A stretch of DNA of 64,000 nucleotides from positions 1 through 64,000 of the forward strand of contig CAZYHZ010000012.1 of NCBI GenBank assembly GCA_964647625.1, in the 5' to 3' direction. Positions 33,401 through 42,448 of this stretch are shown one piece after another (within the stretch, counting starts at the first letter, position 1; each line of letters starts with the position of its first letter). The stretch comes from an uncultured Acidobacteriota bacterium. Its GTDB lineage: Bacteria; Acidobacteriota; Polarisedimenticolia; Polarisedimenticolales; DASRJG01. The position numbers and the translations under genes are program-made. Below the pieces are notes generated by a model, which worked only from the letters and a program-made list of their open reading frames with translations, ran no database searches and was not told where the DNA came from.

Positions 33401-36115
33401 CTGCGTAGACATCGTCCTCCATGTGTCCGTCGACGGGTCGTACAGCCCTCCGGTATTGAAGAACGAGTTGTGGCTCGACCCACCCCAGACGATCATGCGA
33501 GTCCCCGTCCATACAGTCGAATGTCCCGCTCGTGCGTCGGGGACGTTTGGCCCCGTCGAGGTGCGCGTCCATCTGTCAGTGGTCGGCTCGTAGCGGCCGC
33601 CTGTGTTGAAGTAGACGTACGAGGCAGAGGAGTAGTCATAGATGTATCCGCCCCATACGATCATCTGCGCCCCTGTCCACACTGCGGTATGGCCCTCGCG
33701 GGCTTCGGGGACGTCGGAATTCGTCGCAGTCGGAGTCCAGGTATCCGTGGACGGGCTGTAGCGGCCGCCTGAATTGAAGTCGGAGGAGCCCACGGAGGGT
33801 TTTCCACCCCAGATGATCATCTGGGTCCCGGTCCACACCGCGGAGTGTTCAGAACGCGCCGCGGGGACGCCTGTACCGGTCGAAATCGCCGTCCAAGAAT
33901 CCGTCGACGGGTTGTAGCGACCGCCTGTGTTGACGTCGAAGGCGGACGTGCCCGATTGGCCGCCCCAGACGATCATCTCCGTGCCCGTCCACACTGCGGT
34001 GTTCCCGGAAAGCGGCGCGGGAACGAAGGCTCCCGAGGCGGTTGGTGTCCACGTGTCCATCGACGGGTTGTAGCGGCCCCCGGTGTTGTAAGTACTGTAA
34101 GGGTAGTTGGCGGTTCCACCCCAAACGATCATCTCCGTCCCCGTCCAGACCGCGGTCTGGTAGGACCGTGCGCCGGGGGCGTTCGTCCCCGTGGAAGTCG
34201 TCCTCCAGGTATCCGTCGACGGGTTGTATCGGCCGCCTGTGTTCAGCAAGATCGAGTTGGAGCCATTCAATCGGAATCCACCCCAAACGATCATCTCCGC
34301 CCCGGACCAAACTGCGGTGTGCCCGCTTCGTTGGCCTGGGACGTTTGCGCCGGTGGACGTTGCCGCCCATGTGTCCGTCAATGCGTTATAGCGGCCACCG
34401 GTGTTGAGGACAACGTAGGACGACGTCGGGTAGTCGTAGATCCATCCGCCCCAGACGATCATCTCCGTTCCTGTCCAAATTGCGGTGTGTCCCTCGCGCC
34501 CTGGGGGAACGTTGGTGCCCGTGGAGATGGCCGTCCAAGAGTCCGTCGATGGGTTGTAGCGCCCACCGGTGTTCAAGTACGTGGTCGAGGTTCCGGAGTA
34601 GCCTGATCCGCCCCAGACAATCATCTCCGTCCCTGTCCAAATTGCGGTGTGCTCCTCACGCGCTGCGGGGACGTTGCTGCCCGTGGACGTCGGGTTCCAC
34701 GTGTCCGTTGATGGGTTGTATCGCGCGCCGGTGTTGACGGAGGCGCCGAAAGAGGAAGCGGACTCTTGGAACCCGCCCCAGACGATCATCTCCTCCCCGG
34801 TCCACAACGCGCTGTGGCCTGCACGCGCGCCAGGAGCGTTGGTGCCTGTAGAGGTTGGCTTCCAGGTGTCCGTTGCCGGGTTGTAGCAACCGCCCGTGTC
34901 TAGGTAATCGTACGGAGGGGATGCGCCACCGCTCCCGCCCCAGACGATCATCGTAGTACCCGTCCACACCGCCGTGTGATCCAAACGCGCCGATGGGACG
35001 TTGACGTCCATCGAGGTAACCACCCATGAGTTCGTCGAGGGGTTGTAGCGGCCGCCCGTGTTCAAACCTGTATAGCTGTCGTAGGTTCCGCCCCAAACGA
35101 TCATTTCAGTTCCAGTCCACACCGCGGTATGTTGACGGCGCGGATCGGGTTCGTCGATTCGAGTCGGCTCCCAGGTGTCGTTAGTACAAATCGTCGGTGG
35201 GACGGGTGGGGCTTCAAACGGTCCCGTTGACGGTTCGATCGCAAGCGCGATCCCGGTTGCGGTTGTTTCCCACCAGTAATCAAACGTGCGCTTCGGCCAA
35301 ACGACGTTAGCCGTTTCGATCCCTGCATCATTTCGAGCGAGGATCGCGGAAACCACGAACGCGTCGGGTGTTTCCTCGAGCCCGCTGAGCCGGTTCGTCG
35401 GGAGAGATTCGGCGGTCGCATTGAACCGCCTCGCGAGGGCGCGGAGCTGCTCGTGCCATTCGTCAGCGTTGAGCATCAGCGTTCGCTTGTGAGTTTGGTC
35501 CACCTCTGAACTGGTGTCGTGGATTCCGAGCTTGATGCGACCCTCGACAAAGTGTCCGCCCATGGACTTCATGCACTCAACGCCCTTACACGCGGCCAGC
35601 GCTGCCTCGGCCCTTGCCTTCACGTCACCGTGGAATCGAGAGTCAGCGGAATACCAGTCGTGGATCAGTCGGTCGACCAGCGTCTGCCGTGCAAGCGTCT
35701 CTGCGATGACGTACGGGTCGTCGCCGAGAGCGTGGAACAACTCGCGCAGGATCGCGCCGTCGCGCGTCTCGCGCGCCATCCGGTTCAGCTCGGCCTGGAG
35801 ATCGGCCGCCGTCACCGGATGCTGCCAGTACGCCTTCAACGCGTTCGACTTCTTGAGGTAGCCCTCGACCTTCGCTCGGAGTGCCGTGTCGGGCATCACC
35901 GCCGACAGCGGCGGCTTCGGCGTCTTGTTTTCCGCCGGCCAGATGCGATGGTTCCAGTAGACCTGCTCGATGGAGCGCTGGTACTCGACGCGCTCATCGA
36001 TGGTGAGGCTGCGGGCGAAGCTAGGCGGAGCGCTCGCGACGATTGCGAACACAACGCTCGCAAGCAACGGACGCCACGCACCGACGGATCTTTTCATTGG
36101 AAGCTGCCCCCTCAC
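30437..36115 (-). CDS. Giant secreted protein (1892 aa): N-terminal domain, about 20 Kelch/galactose-oxidase-type beta-propeller repeats, about 10 Myxococcus-type cysteine-rich repeats, C-terminal beta-sandwich domain
   Basis: Signal peptide present. Kelch-like repeats follow the pattern HTAVWTGTEMIVWGG...YNPSTDTW. The Cys-rich repeats read CDDGNACTTDSCNPxSGCVHxNNTNPC. The 3' end overlaps the arsM 3' end by 8 nt (convergent). Confidence 0.9.
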   Translation of the reverse strand: MRGQLPMKRSVGAWRPLLASVVFAIVASAPPSFARSLTIDERVEYQRSIEQVYWNHRIWPAENKTPKPPLSAVMPDTALRAKVEGYLKKSNALKAYWQHPVTAADLQAELNRMARETRDGAILRELFHALGDDPYVIAETLARQTLVDRLIHDWYSADSRFHGDVKARAEAALAACKGVECMKSMGGHFVEGRIKLGIHDTSSEVDQTHKRTLMLNADEWHEQLRALARRFNATAESLPTNRLSGLEETPDAFVVSAILARNDAGIETANVVWPKRTFDYWWETTATGIALAIEPSTGPFEAPPVPPTICTNDTWEPTRIDEPDPRRQHTAVWTGTEMIVWGGTYDSYTGLNTGGRYNPSTNSWVVTSMDVNVPSARLDHTAVWTGTTMIVWGGSGGASPPYDYLDTGGCYNPATDTWKPTSTGTNAPGARAGHSALWTGEEMIVWGGFQESASSFGASVNTGARYNPSTDTWNPTSTGSNVPAAREEHTAIWTGTEMIVWGGSGYSGTSTTYLNTGGRYNPSTDSWTAISTGTNVPPGREGHTAIWTGTEMIVWGGWIYDYPTSSYVVLNTGGRYNALTDTWAATSTGANVPGQRSGHTAVWSGAEMIVWGGFRLNGSNSILLNTGGRYNPSTDTWRTTSTGTNAPGARSYQTAVWTGTEMIVWGGTANYPYSTYNTGGRYNPSMDTWTPTASGAFVPAPLSGNTAVWTGTEMIVWGGQSGTSAFDVNTGGRYNPSTDSWTAISTGTGVPAARSEHSAVWTGTQMIIWGGKPSVGSSDFNSGGRYSPSTDTWTPTATNSDVPEAREGHTAVWTGAQMIVWGGYIYDYSSASYVYFNTGGRYEPTTDRWTRTSTGPNVPDARAGHSTVWTGTRMIVWGGSSHNSFFNTGGLYDPSTDTWRTMSTQVNAPEKRAYQTAVWTGTRMVIWGGYGGLVGTSHVFFNTGGCYDPSADTWTSTSTGPNDPVSRYAHCAVWTGTEMIVWGGYNINFSPYQFNTGGRYNPSTDTWTATSVGAGLPGPRYGHTAVWTGTQMIVWGADTLTPTGGIYCACPNGVIGYRDADGDGYGTSGDSVEACDGIIPAGYVTNGADCNDTNRSVHPGVPETCNGIDDDCNGNIDDNGSLLCSDGNVCTDDVCNGISGCSHAYNAAPCDDGDACTANDTCAAGTCHSGPPRNCDDSNLCTDDSCDPATGCVHVDNTPSCDDGNACTTDLCLRYLGCVHVNNTDPCDDGNACTTIDSCLNGSCQSGPRRLCDDGDVCTDDSCDPSVGCVHVYNDAPCSDGNPCTTSDTCGGGACNGGPALNCDDGNPCTTDSCNPSSGCVHVNNTNPCSDGNACTTGDVCGGGSCHGGAAPNCDDGNICTTDSCSPTSGCVHANNTNACDDGNACTTNDSCGGGACNGGPAPNCDDANPCTDDSCNPASGCVHANNTSPCNDGNACTTGDVCSGGTCHGGPAPNCDDGNVCTTDTCSPTSGCVHANNTNPCDDGNVCTDNDTCGGGSCNPGAPHACDDGNVCTTDSCNPTSGCVFTNNSNSCDDDNACTTNDTCGGGACHGGPAPNCDDGNVCTSDSCNPASGCVHTNNTNPCDDGNACTTGDVCGGGSCRPGAPTSCDDGNCCTTDTCDPATGCHHAPNLTPPVFTTQPSLGACPVLWPPNHGYVDFTVQDTGAQAQAQCGIASISFASCASSQPENAYGTGDGNSTRDCVYEPGAVHLRAERNGACSPIGRDYLMTLIATDTCGNAVTSNPIDVAVWNDRTHQPAGTIYGARGGTNDQRDGVNGTYNSDVDGCGSGSACANGTVADHSDVDPEMEISQSAGIDVGDLKLNKVNGNLQLTWSMPSPRAPVNVTRFHVYRRDPETLAWTMVMELNKSQTGWNDPSMNDGHNWQYKVTAIIK
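31200..32780 (-). repeat. Tandem ~150-bp coding repeats (Cys-rich repeat array); all six frames open here
   Basis: Repeated gacgacggcaacgcctgcacc-type blocks are visible, and many overlapping shadow ORFs occur in the ORF track. Confidence 0.6.
33000..35100 (-). repeat. Tandem ~150-bp coding repeats (Kelch blade array)
   Basis: Recurring ccccagacgatcat...gtccagaccgcggtgtg blocks are visible. Confidence 0.6.
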
Positions 36116-36243
36116 TTGAAGCGTCCAGTGAAGTTACGACGGGCGAAAGCGGGGGGCAACGAGATTAAGGGAGTCGGGGTCCACGTGGCCCGCACCCGTC
36201 GTCGCGGCCTACGACGGCGAGTGCGGGCCACCCTTGCTTCGAA

Positions 36244-36552
36244 TCACGCCGCGTTCGGCAGCTTGGCGCCGAGAACCTCGACGCGCTCGATGACCGGGGG
36301 CGACGCCAGCAGCGTCGGGGCCTGCGCCATCAGCGCCTGCGCGATCGGACCGTTGAGATGGGCCTGGCGCCCGGTCTCGTCCTCGAAGGCGTCGAAAACG
36401 CCAAAAGTCGACGGGCCCATGCGCAGCGCGAACCACACCGACGTCGTCCTCTCCTTCCGCGCGAGCTCGAGCGCCTGCTCGAGAAACGCGGCGACCTCGT
36501 TCTCCTTTCCGGGTTTGGCTTCCAATCGGACCAGCAAGCTCAGCTTCGGCAT
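36244..36552 (-). CDS. ABM-domain (antibiotic biosynthesis monooxygenase-like) protein
   Basis: 102-aa protein MPKLSLLVRLEAKPGKENEVAAFLEQALELARKE...VFDAFEDE with the ABM ferredoxin-like pattern. Confidence 0.8.
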   Translation of the reverse strand: MPKLSLLVRLEAKPGKENEVAAFLEQALELARKERTTSVWFALRMGPSTFGVFDAFEDETGRQAHLNGPIAQALMAQAPTLLASPPVIERVEVLGAKLPNAA

Positions 36553-36661
36553 CGTCGTTCTCCTTTCTGCCGCGGCAAATCGCCGAGGCTGCCACTCACG
36601 TTAGGACCGGGACCCCGAAGTCGCTATTGGCACGATTGCCACTAATGATATCGTTATTGCC

Positions 36662-37621
36662 ATGCGGGTCCATGTGCTGGTCGTGGACGGTGTATTCGAT
36701 CTGGGCCTGTCGGCCGTGCTCGACGTTTTTCAAACGGCCAACGAGCTGATCGACGTCTCGGGCCTCGACGTCGAGCGTTTCCAGGTTCGGACCGTCGCCG
36801 TCCGTCGTCGCGTGCGCACGTCGCAGGGCTTGCTCGTACCTGTCCATTCGCTGGACCGGCGAGCGCCGGACTGCGTCGTCGTCCCGGCCATCGGCACGAA
36901 GATGCCGGACCCGCTCGAGACGGCTTTGGCGCGATCCGATGTGCAAGAGGCGGCGCAGCTGCTGCGCGACTACGCAAAGCGCGGCGCGACCGTGACGGCC
37001 GCCTGCATCGGAACGTTCATCATGGCGGAGTCGGGTCTGCTCGACGCCCAGCGGGCGACGACGACTTGGTGGCTCGCTCCGCTCTTCCGCCGGCGCTACC
37101 CGGACGTCGTGCTCGAGGATTCGAGCATGATCGTGGAGTCCGGTCGTTTCGTCACGGCGGGTGCCGCGCTCGGTCACATGGACCTCGCGCTCTGGCTCGT
37201 CCGGCGCGTGAGCCCCCAGCTCGCGTCGCTGACGGCTCAATACCTCATCGTCGATTCCCGTCCGTCGCAGTCGGCATACGCGCTGACCGACCACCTCGTT
37301 CACTCGGATCCGCTCGTCCAGAGATTCGAGTCGTGGGTCCGAGCGAATCTCGCGAAGGGGTTCTCGCTCCGCGATGCAGCGAAAGCGGTCGGGGCCAGCA
37401 AGCGCACGCTGGCGCGCAAGCTCCATGCGGTTCTCGGTAAATCGCCGCTCGAGTACTTCCAGAGCGTGCGGGTCGAGCGGGCAGTCCATCTCCTGAAGAC
37501 GACGCCGGCGACCGTCGACGAGATCGCCTCCCGCGTCGGCTACGCCGACGGCGTCACGCTGAGGTCGTTGCTACGGCGACGACTGCACCGCGGCGTGCGG
37601 GAGATTCGAGTTTCCGGCTAG
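36662..37621 (+). CDS. AraC-family transcriptional regulator with N-terminal DJ-1/PfpI (GlxA-type) domain
   Basis: The N-terminus reads MRVHVLVVDGVFDLGLSAVLDVF (DJ-1/PfpI fold). The C-terminal AraC HTH reads LRDAAKAVGASKRTLARKL...VDEIASRVGYAD. Confidence 0.9.
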   Translation: MRVHVLVVDGVFDLGLSAVLDVFQTANELIDVSGLDVERFQVRTVAVRRRVRTSQGLLVPVHSLDRRAPDCVVVPAIGTKMPDPLETALARSDVQEAAQLLRDYAKRGATVTAACIGTFIMAESGLLDAQRATTTWWLAPLFRRRYPDVVLEDSSMIVESGRFVTAGAALGHMDLALWLVRRVSPQLASLTAQYLIVDSRPSQSAYALTDHLVHSDPLVQRFESWVRANLAKGFSLRDAAKAVGASKRTLARKLHAVLGKSPLEYFQSVRVERAVHLLKTTPATVDEIASRVGYADGVTLRSLLRRRLHRGVREIRVSG

Positions 37622-37662
37622 CCCGCCGGACACGCGCCCGGCGGGCAGCCACGGTGCAGCTC

Positions 37663-37983
37663 CTAGTTCGTGGAGATGGGCTCCGGCCCGTCGCTGATGC
37701 TGACGACTTGACCGGCGGCAGACACCGACACCGAGACCGTCGCTCCGCCTGCGACCCCGAATTTTGCGCTGGTGAGAACCTGCGTCGTCCCATCGTCCAG
37801 CTGAACCGTCATTTGAACGCGCGCGACCTCGGTTTGAAGTCCCGAGTTGTGCACGGCGACGGTCACGACGGTGTTGTTTACTCCGGCGACCGTCGCCTGG
37901 ACGTCCGACAAGCTCGCGAGCATCGGCGTGGCTGAAATGGCGAGTGCGCAAAGAACGGCGAGAGACTTGTGAGTGGTCGACAT
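37663..37983 (-). CDS. Small secreted hypothetical protein (106 aa)
   Basis: ATG at 37983 with a signal peptide (KSLAVLCALAISATPMLASL), followed by a Thr/Val/Ser-rich beta region. The ORF-track start at 38052 is an extension. Confidence 0.5.
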   Translation of the reverse strand: MSTTHKSLAVLCALAISATPMLASLSDVQATVAGVNNTVVTVAVHNSGLQTEVARVQMTVQLDDGTTQVLTSAKFGVAGGATVSVSVSAAGQVVSISDGPEPISTN

Positions 37984-38254
37984 GTTGGGCTCCAAATGGA
38001 AAGAGTTGAACGGACCGATCGGTTGCCGACGGAACTGGTGCTGCGTTGTCACATCGATATGGACGGGTCGACCGCGCAGAATTCGCAGGGCGGATCGCGT
38101 GTCCGAATCAACTCATCGACGGGCCAGGCGGGAGATGAGTCCGTACGACGCCCCCACCGGGGCGAGCGGCGCGAAGACTTGAGGAGAACGGTGCGACGCC
38201 TTTACGTCGCCGGTGGGCCGATCGATCGCGATCGGCGGGTGCGTGGTGGTCGCG

Positions 38255-39400
38255 CTACTTCAGCTGCAAGAGTCCCCTCAGCTCTTTCGCTTCCTGGCTC
38301 GCCTCATCGATGAATTGCAGGTAGTACCCTGCGTTGTCGCGCTCGTGGATTGCTTGGACCGCCGCGCCGACTCCCAAGTACGCTTTCCACAGGTAGAAGT
38401 GCGCGTAAAAGCGCGCGACGTTGTCGGACGACGTGACGGCGTCGGCCAGGACCGACCGGAGGATGACCAGCGCAGGCTCGTACGTTTTCGCGGTCAGCTG
38501 CGCTCGCGCCTGTTCGACCGATGCGAGCAATCGAATCCGCGCATATCCATTCTTGCTCGCGATTGCGATGGCGCGGCGTGCGGCGAACGCCGCACTCTTC
38601 GCGTCGGACATTTCCACGTAGAGTCGTGCGAGCGTCGTGAGGCACATCGCCTCGTCGTATGGACGGCGCGCCGCTCGAAACGCTTTGATCGCCGACTGCA
38701 GATTGGCTTCCGCGCGTCCGAAGTCGTTGGTCGCGATCTCGATGCACGCCCTCAGGTGGAGCACCCAACCGCGCTCTACGTGCGACGACGCGGTGAGACG
38801 CCGCTCCGCGCGGTCGAGGTATGCATGCGCGGATTCCGGAGAACCGAGCGAATTCCACGACAAAGCGAGCTGAATCAGGATCCCGACGAGCAGCGATGCA
38901 TCGGGGCTTTCGGTCAGGACCTCTTCGAGCATCTGGCGCGACAGGTGGTGCTTCCCCAGCTTTCCGGCAAGGACGGCGAGGGACAGCGTCGATTCGTGCC
39001 GCTCTTTCGTCAGCGCAGGATCATCGGAGGTCATCCGGCGTACGGCGAAGAAGGTTGCGACCGCAAGGTCGGTCTTACCTTCCTGCCACGCCTTGTGCGC
39101 GATCTCCCGGAGCTGCTTCGCGCTCTTCTCTTCGGGGAGGCCCGTCGCCAACGATTCCATTTCGAGCAGGTCGCCCGCGGCCTGGATCGGAAGCCCGTAG
39201 AGCTGAAGAAGGGCATGGAGGCGCCTGAGGCCGGGGTCGACCGCGCCGGATTCGATCTTCCCGAGCGTCGTGAATGGAATCGGGCTTCCCGCCTGGGATG
39301 CCCGCCGATCGACGTCCCTCAGCGTCCATCCCAGACGCTTGCGCCGCGCGCGGAGGAAGTCCGCGACCGCGGGAGAGGGCCGAATCGCGACGCGAGCCAT
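38255..39400 (-). CDS. XRE-family HTH transcriptional regulator with C-terminal TPR-like domain
   Basis: N-terminal HTH (LRARRKRLGWTLRDVDRRASQAGSPIPFTTLGKIESG), then a long helical repeat domain. Confidence 0.8.
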   Translation of the reverse strand: MARVAIRPSPAVADFLRARRKRLGWTLRDVDRRASQAGSPIPFTTLGKIESGAVDPGLRRLHALLQLYGLPIQAAGDLLEMESLATGLPEEKSAKQLREIAHKAWQEGKTDLAVATFFAVRRMTSDDPALTKERHESTLSLAVLAGKLGKHHLSRQMLEEVLTESPDASLLVGILIQLALSWNSLGSPESAHAYLDRAERRLTASSHVERGWVLHLRACIEIATNDFGRAEANLQSAIKAFRAARRPYDEAMCLTTLARLYVEMSDAKSAAFAARRAIAIASKNGYARIRLLASVEQARAQLTAKTYEPALVILRSVLADAVTSSDNVARFYAHFYLWKAYLGVGAAVQAIHERDNAGYYLQFIDEASQEAKELRGLLQLK

Positions 39401-39824
39401 GAACTAAGCATACGCAAAATTTCTCTTGACGGGGACACTTTGTGTCTGTATTTAGCTACACAGCATAAAGGGTTGGGTAGGGTGGGAAAAAAGTCGTGGG
39501 AGTCATTCACGACGCCGTGTGCGGCCCCGCGGACATTCCGCGGGGCCGCTTGCGGCTACTCAGCGATCTCGCCCGAGGAAGGTGGGAGGATCCGGTGAAG
39601 CGAACGATTCTCGGAGTCACGGCCGCCGGCCCTTCGGGCAAAACGATTCGTGTGACGACTCGTTACTGCTCGTGCCCGACCGACGCGTGCGGCAGGTATG
39701 GATCGTGGTCTTGTCTGTAGGCAAAAACACCAGGTAGCGCGCCGACGGGCCACGGTTGTCGCGACCAGTCGGCGCTTAGAAAACGCGCGTAACGCTCGGT
39801 GCCGATGAGATCGATAGCGTACCG

Positions 39825-40895
39825 TCATCCCTCCCGCCACCGCTCCCAGTCCGTCACGATGGCGCCTTCGAGGCCTTTCAACGCCACGACGAACTTTGAC
39901 CCCTTGATCCGCTGTAGTGCGGCCAAGAGTCGCTTTCGACCGAGGCCGCCGAGATGGATGTTCGCGGTCTCGGCGCCCATGCTGTGGAGCACGCTGCCGA
40001 TGTCGCCTCGCCGGGAAACGTATGCCAGCTCGATACGCCCATTTGACGGCGACAGTCGGCGGCCGACCCAGCGCTTGCGACAGATGAGGAATGGATCGGG
40101 GCAGCGCACGGCACGCCCAAGGACCGTCGAGTACCGGATCGACCTGGATCGAGGATCGCTCGCCCAGGCTGACGCCGCAGGAACGAGCTCTTTCACCTCT
40201 CGCGCGATCAGGCCGCCGGCCAGCTCGCCGACCGCGGTGAACCGTCGCCTGCCGAGACTGCCGAGACCCGCAATGCGACACACCACTCTCGTGCCGCGCA
40301 CGCCGTCCGGAGACAATTCCTCGAGCAACCGCCTCGCCGGCTTCGGCGGTGGCGATTCGACCGTCTCGAGGCTCTGCAGCTTTTTCCAGAACTTGGTCGC
40401 GTCTTTCAATCGCTCTTCGGCGATCGCGCGAAGTGCGGGATGACGCTCTTCGAGGACGAACGGTTGCCCGTGCCCCTTGATGCCTTCGTGATAGCCTTCG
40501 AGGATGGCGAGCGCCGTTCTGCGCGGGCCGAACCGCCGCCCACCGGCATGCAGGGCGATGAGAGCGCTCACCCCGAGGCGCAGCAGGTCCGAGGCGAACG
40601 GCAGCTCGTCCGCCTCATCGAAATCGTTGACACCCCACACGAGCCGGCCCTCGGCGTCACGCCACGTGCCGAAGTTCTCGACGTGGAGATCACCGACCGC
40701 CGGAACGGAAGGCGTGCTCGCAAGCCCTCCGGCCGGCTCCGACCAAATCTGCGACCAACGATAGTAAGTCGCGCACAGGAACTCGAACGGTCCTCGAGAC
40801 ATCTCGCGGTGCTTCAGCTCGAGGTGTTCGGGAATCAGCGGGGCTTGACCGCGAACCCACTGCTCATAGCTTTCGGTCGCGTCGAAGATATTCAC
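39825..40895 (-). CDS. DUF2252 family protein
   Basis: Strong overall resemblance to DUF2252, for example GDLHVENFGTWRDAEGRLVWGVNDFDEA and GLGSLGRRRF. Confidence 0.85.
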   Translation of the reverse strand: MNIFDATESYEQWVRGQAPLIPEHLELKHREMSRGPFEFLCATYYRWSQIWSEPAGGLASTPSVPAVGDLHVENFGTWRDAEGRLVWGVNDFDEADELPFASDLLRLGVSALIALHAGGRRFGPRRTALAILEGYHEGIKGHGQPFVLEERHPALRAIAEERLKDATKFWKKLQSLETVESPPPKPARRLLEELSPDGVRGTRVVCRIAGLGSLGRRRFTAVGELAGGLIAREVKELVPAASAWASDPRSRSIRYSTVLGRAVRCPDPFLICRKRWVGRRLSPSNGRIELAYVSRRGDIGSVLHSMGAETANIHLGGLGRKRLLAALQRIKGSKFVVALKGLEGAIVTDWERWREG

Positions 40896-40985
40896 GACTC
40901 ACTCGCCCTCGGTGGCGGGAACTCTAGCGCAACCCCCTGCGCGCGGACACTCGATCAGATGTTCTGGTCCTAGCGGAGAAAGCGA

Positions 40986-42416
40986 ATGAACTCCCATGTT
41001 CCGTCCCAGACACCCCATGCCGATCAGGCGCCCGACCATCCCCCACATCACGCGAAGGCGAACCCTCCGACGCGGCGGATCAGACGTTGGTTGAGGCACC
41101 ACAAGGTCGAAATCATCCTGGCGGTGATATTCGCGGTCCCATTCGCCTTTCTCGCGGAGCGCCTCGTGGGGGTTCATGAGCACGACCCCTACAAAATCCA
41201 CGTCGTCGAATCGACCGATACCGACAAGGAAACGAAGGAGCTATTCGACGACCTGGCAAACCATTCGCCGCTGCGAGTTCAATCGATGGGCGACGTGCCG
41301 GTCAAGCTCGAGGTCAGCATTCTGCCCAATGACGACATCGCCACCGCGCAGAAACTGGCGGCCGACTTGGCGACCGCGCCGGATACGCTGATGATCATCG
41401 GCCATCTACCGAGCGGAATCACAGAAGCCATTCTGCCGATCGTCATGAAGGAGCGTCCACAGATCCCATACATTTCGACGTCGGCGAGCGCGGATGAGCT
41501 GTTGGCGAATTGCGACCCAAAGGACGTCGCCGTCAATGGATTCGTTCCACTGATTCAGCCGTCGCCTCGAAATTGTGATGAAGCCGCAGCCGCGGTGAAG
41601 TATGCGCTACAAGAGAAGAAGCAACGCTTCCTGCTCGTCACGGACAAACCTCCGGAAAAGGACCCGTATCTCGCCTCGCTCAGCAGCGCTTGGGAGAAAG
41701 AAATCGTCAAAGGGCACGCCTCCGTCGTCGGCAACCACGCGATGGATCTGCCGCTCTCGGACGAGCAGCTCAAGAATTGGAACCCCGACTGTATTCTCTA
41801 CGCGGGTGGGGTCGGCGTGGCCCAAACGCTGATGAACTCGCTGGCAAGCTCCGAGTCCCTCGCCAAAGCTTTGATGGCATCCGAGGTGAAGCTTCTCGCG
41901 ATTTTCGCCGATTCCGTGATTGAGTCTCGCGACAAGGACACAAATCTCATCAGTCTGTCCACCGCCCCGCGGGGGAAAGTGACGAACCTCAACGGGCTTA
42001 CGGACCTACGGTTCACGTACGCCGCCAACGCGGATGACTATAACGTGCACGACAACGAGTACGCGCAGGATGCGCTCAGGATCGCGACACAGCTGATCGC
42101 CGACCTCAGCGAGCGCGGAGGAGATCTTCGTTACCGGCTACGATCTCTCTTGCACTTGGAGACCGTCAAGGACGCACGGCGGAACCTGATTCAGATCATG
42201 GCGCAAAACGCCCACCTGAGATCCTGGTACGAATGCAACGGCGGAGAACCGTGTGTCTTCACGAAGTTCTACGGCTCCGAAGGAATGTTTCACTCGAGAC
42301 GAATCAACGGAATGTTTCACGTGTGGGAGGCGGACAGCGGGACCGCGAAGATGAAGGATGTCGACTACTGGCACCCGCCCAAGAGCGCGCTCCTTTACGC
42401 GTCCGCGATCAAATGA
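40986..42416 (+). CDS. Membrane-anchored periplasmic-binding-protein type 1 (LivJ/ANF-receptor-like) domain protein
   Basis: N-terminal TM (VEIILAVIFAVPFAFLA), then a PBP1-like domain (MIIGHLPSGITEAILPIVMKERPQIPYISTSAS). GC drops to ~57% here. Confidence 0.75.
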   Translation: MNSHVPSQTPHADQAPDHPPHHAKANPPTRRIRRWLRHHKVEIILAVIFAVPFAFLAERLVGVHEHDPYKIHVVESTDTDKETKELFDDLANHSPLRVQSMGDVPVKLEVSILPNDDIATAQKLAADLATAPDTLMIIGHLPSGITEAILPIVMKERPQIPYISTSASADELLANCDPKDVAVNGFVPLIQPSPRNCDEAAAAVKYALQEKKQRFLLVTDKPPEKDPYLASLSSAWEKEIVKGHASVVGNHAMDLPLSDEQLKNWNPDCILYAGGVGVAQTLMNSLASSESLAKALMASEVKLLAIFADSVIESRDKDTNLISLSTAPRGKVTNLNGLTDLRFTYAANADDYNVHDNEYAQDALRIATQLIADLSERGGDLRYRLRSLLHLETVKDARRNLIQIMAQNAHLRSWYECNGGEPCVFTKFYGSEGMFHSRRINGMFHVWEADSGTAKMKDVDYWHPPKSALLYASAIK

Positions 42417-42448
42417 CCAAGCGATGACCGTCGAGAGCGTGGCTCGGG

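Noticed and set aside
39401-39824. AT-richer 420-bp intergenic region with weak palindromes (TGTGT...ACACA) as a possible mobile-element end or operator
   Set aside because: The repeats are short and imperfect. No integrase or transposase is adjacent. It is treated as the regulatory region of the XRE-family gene.
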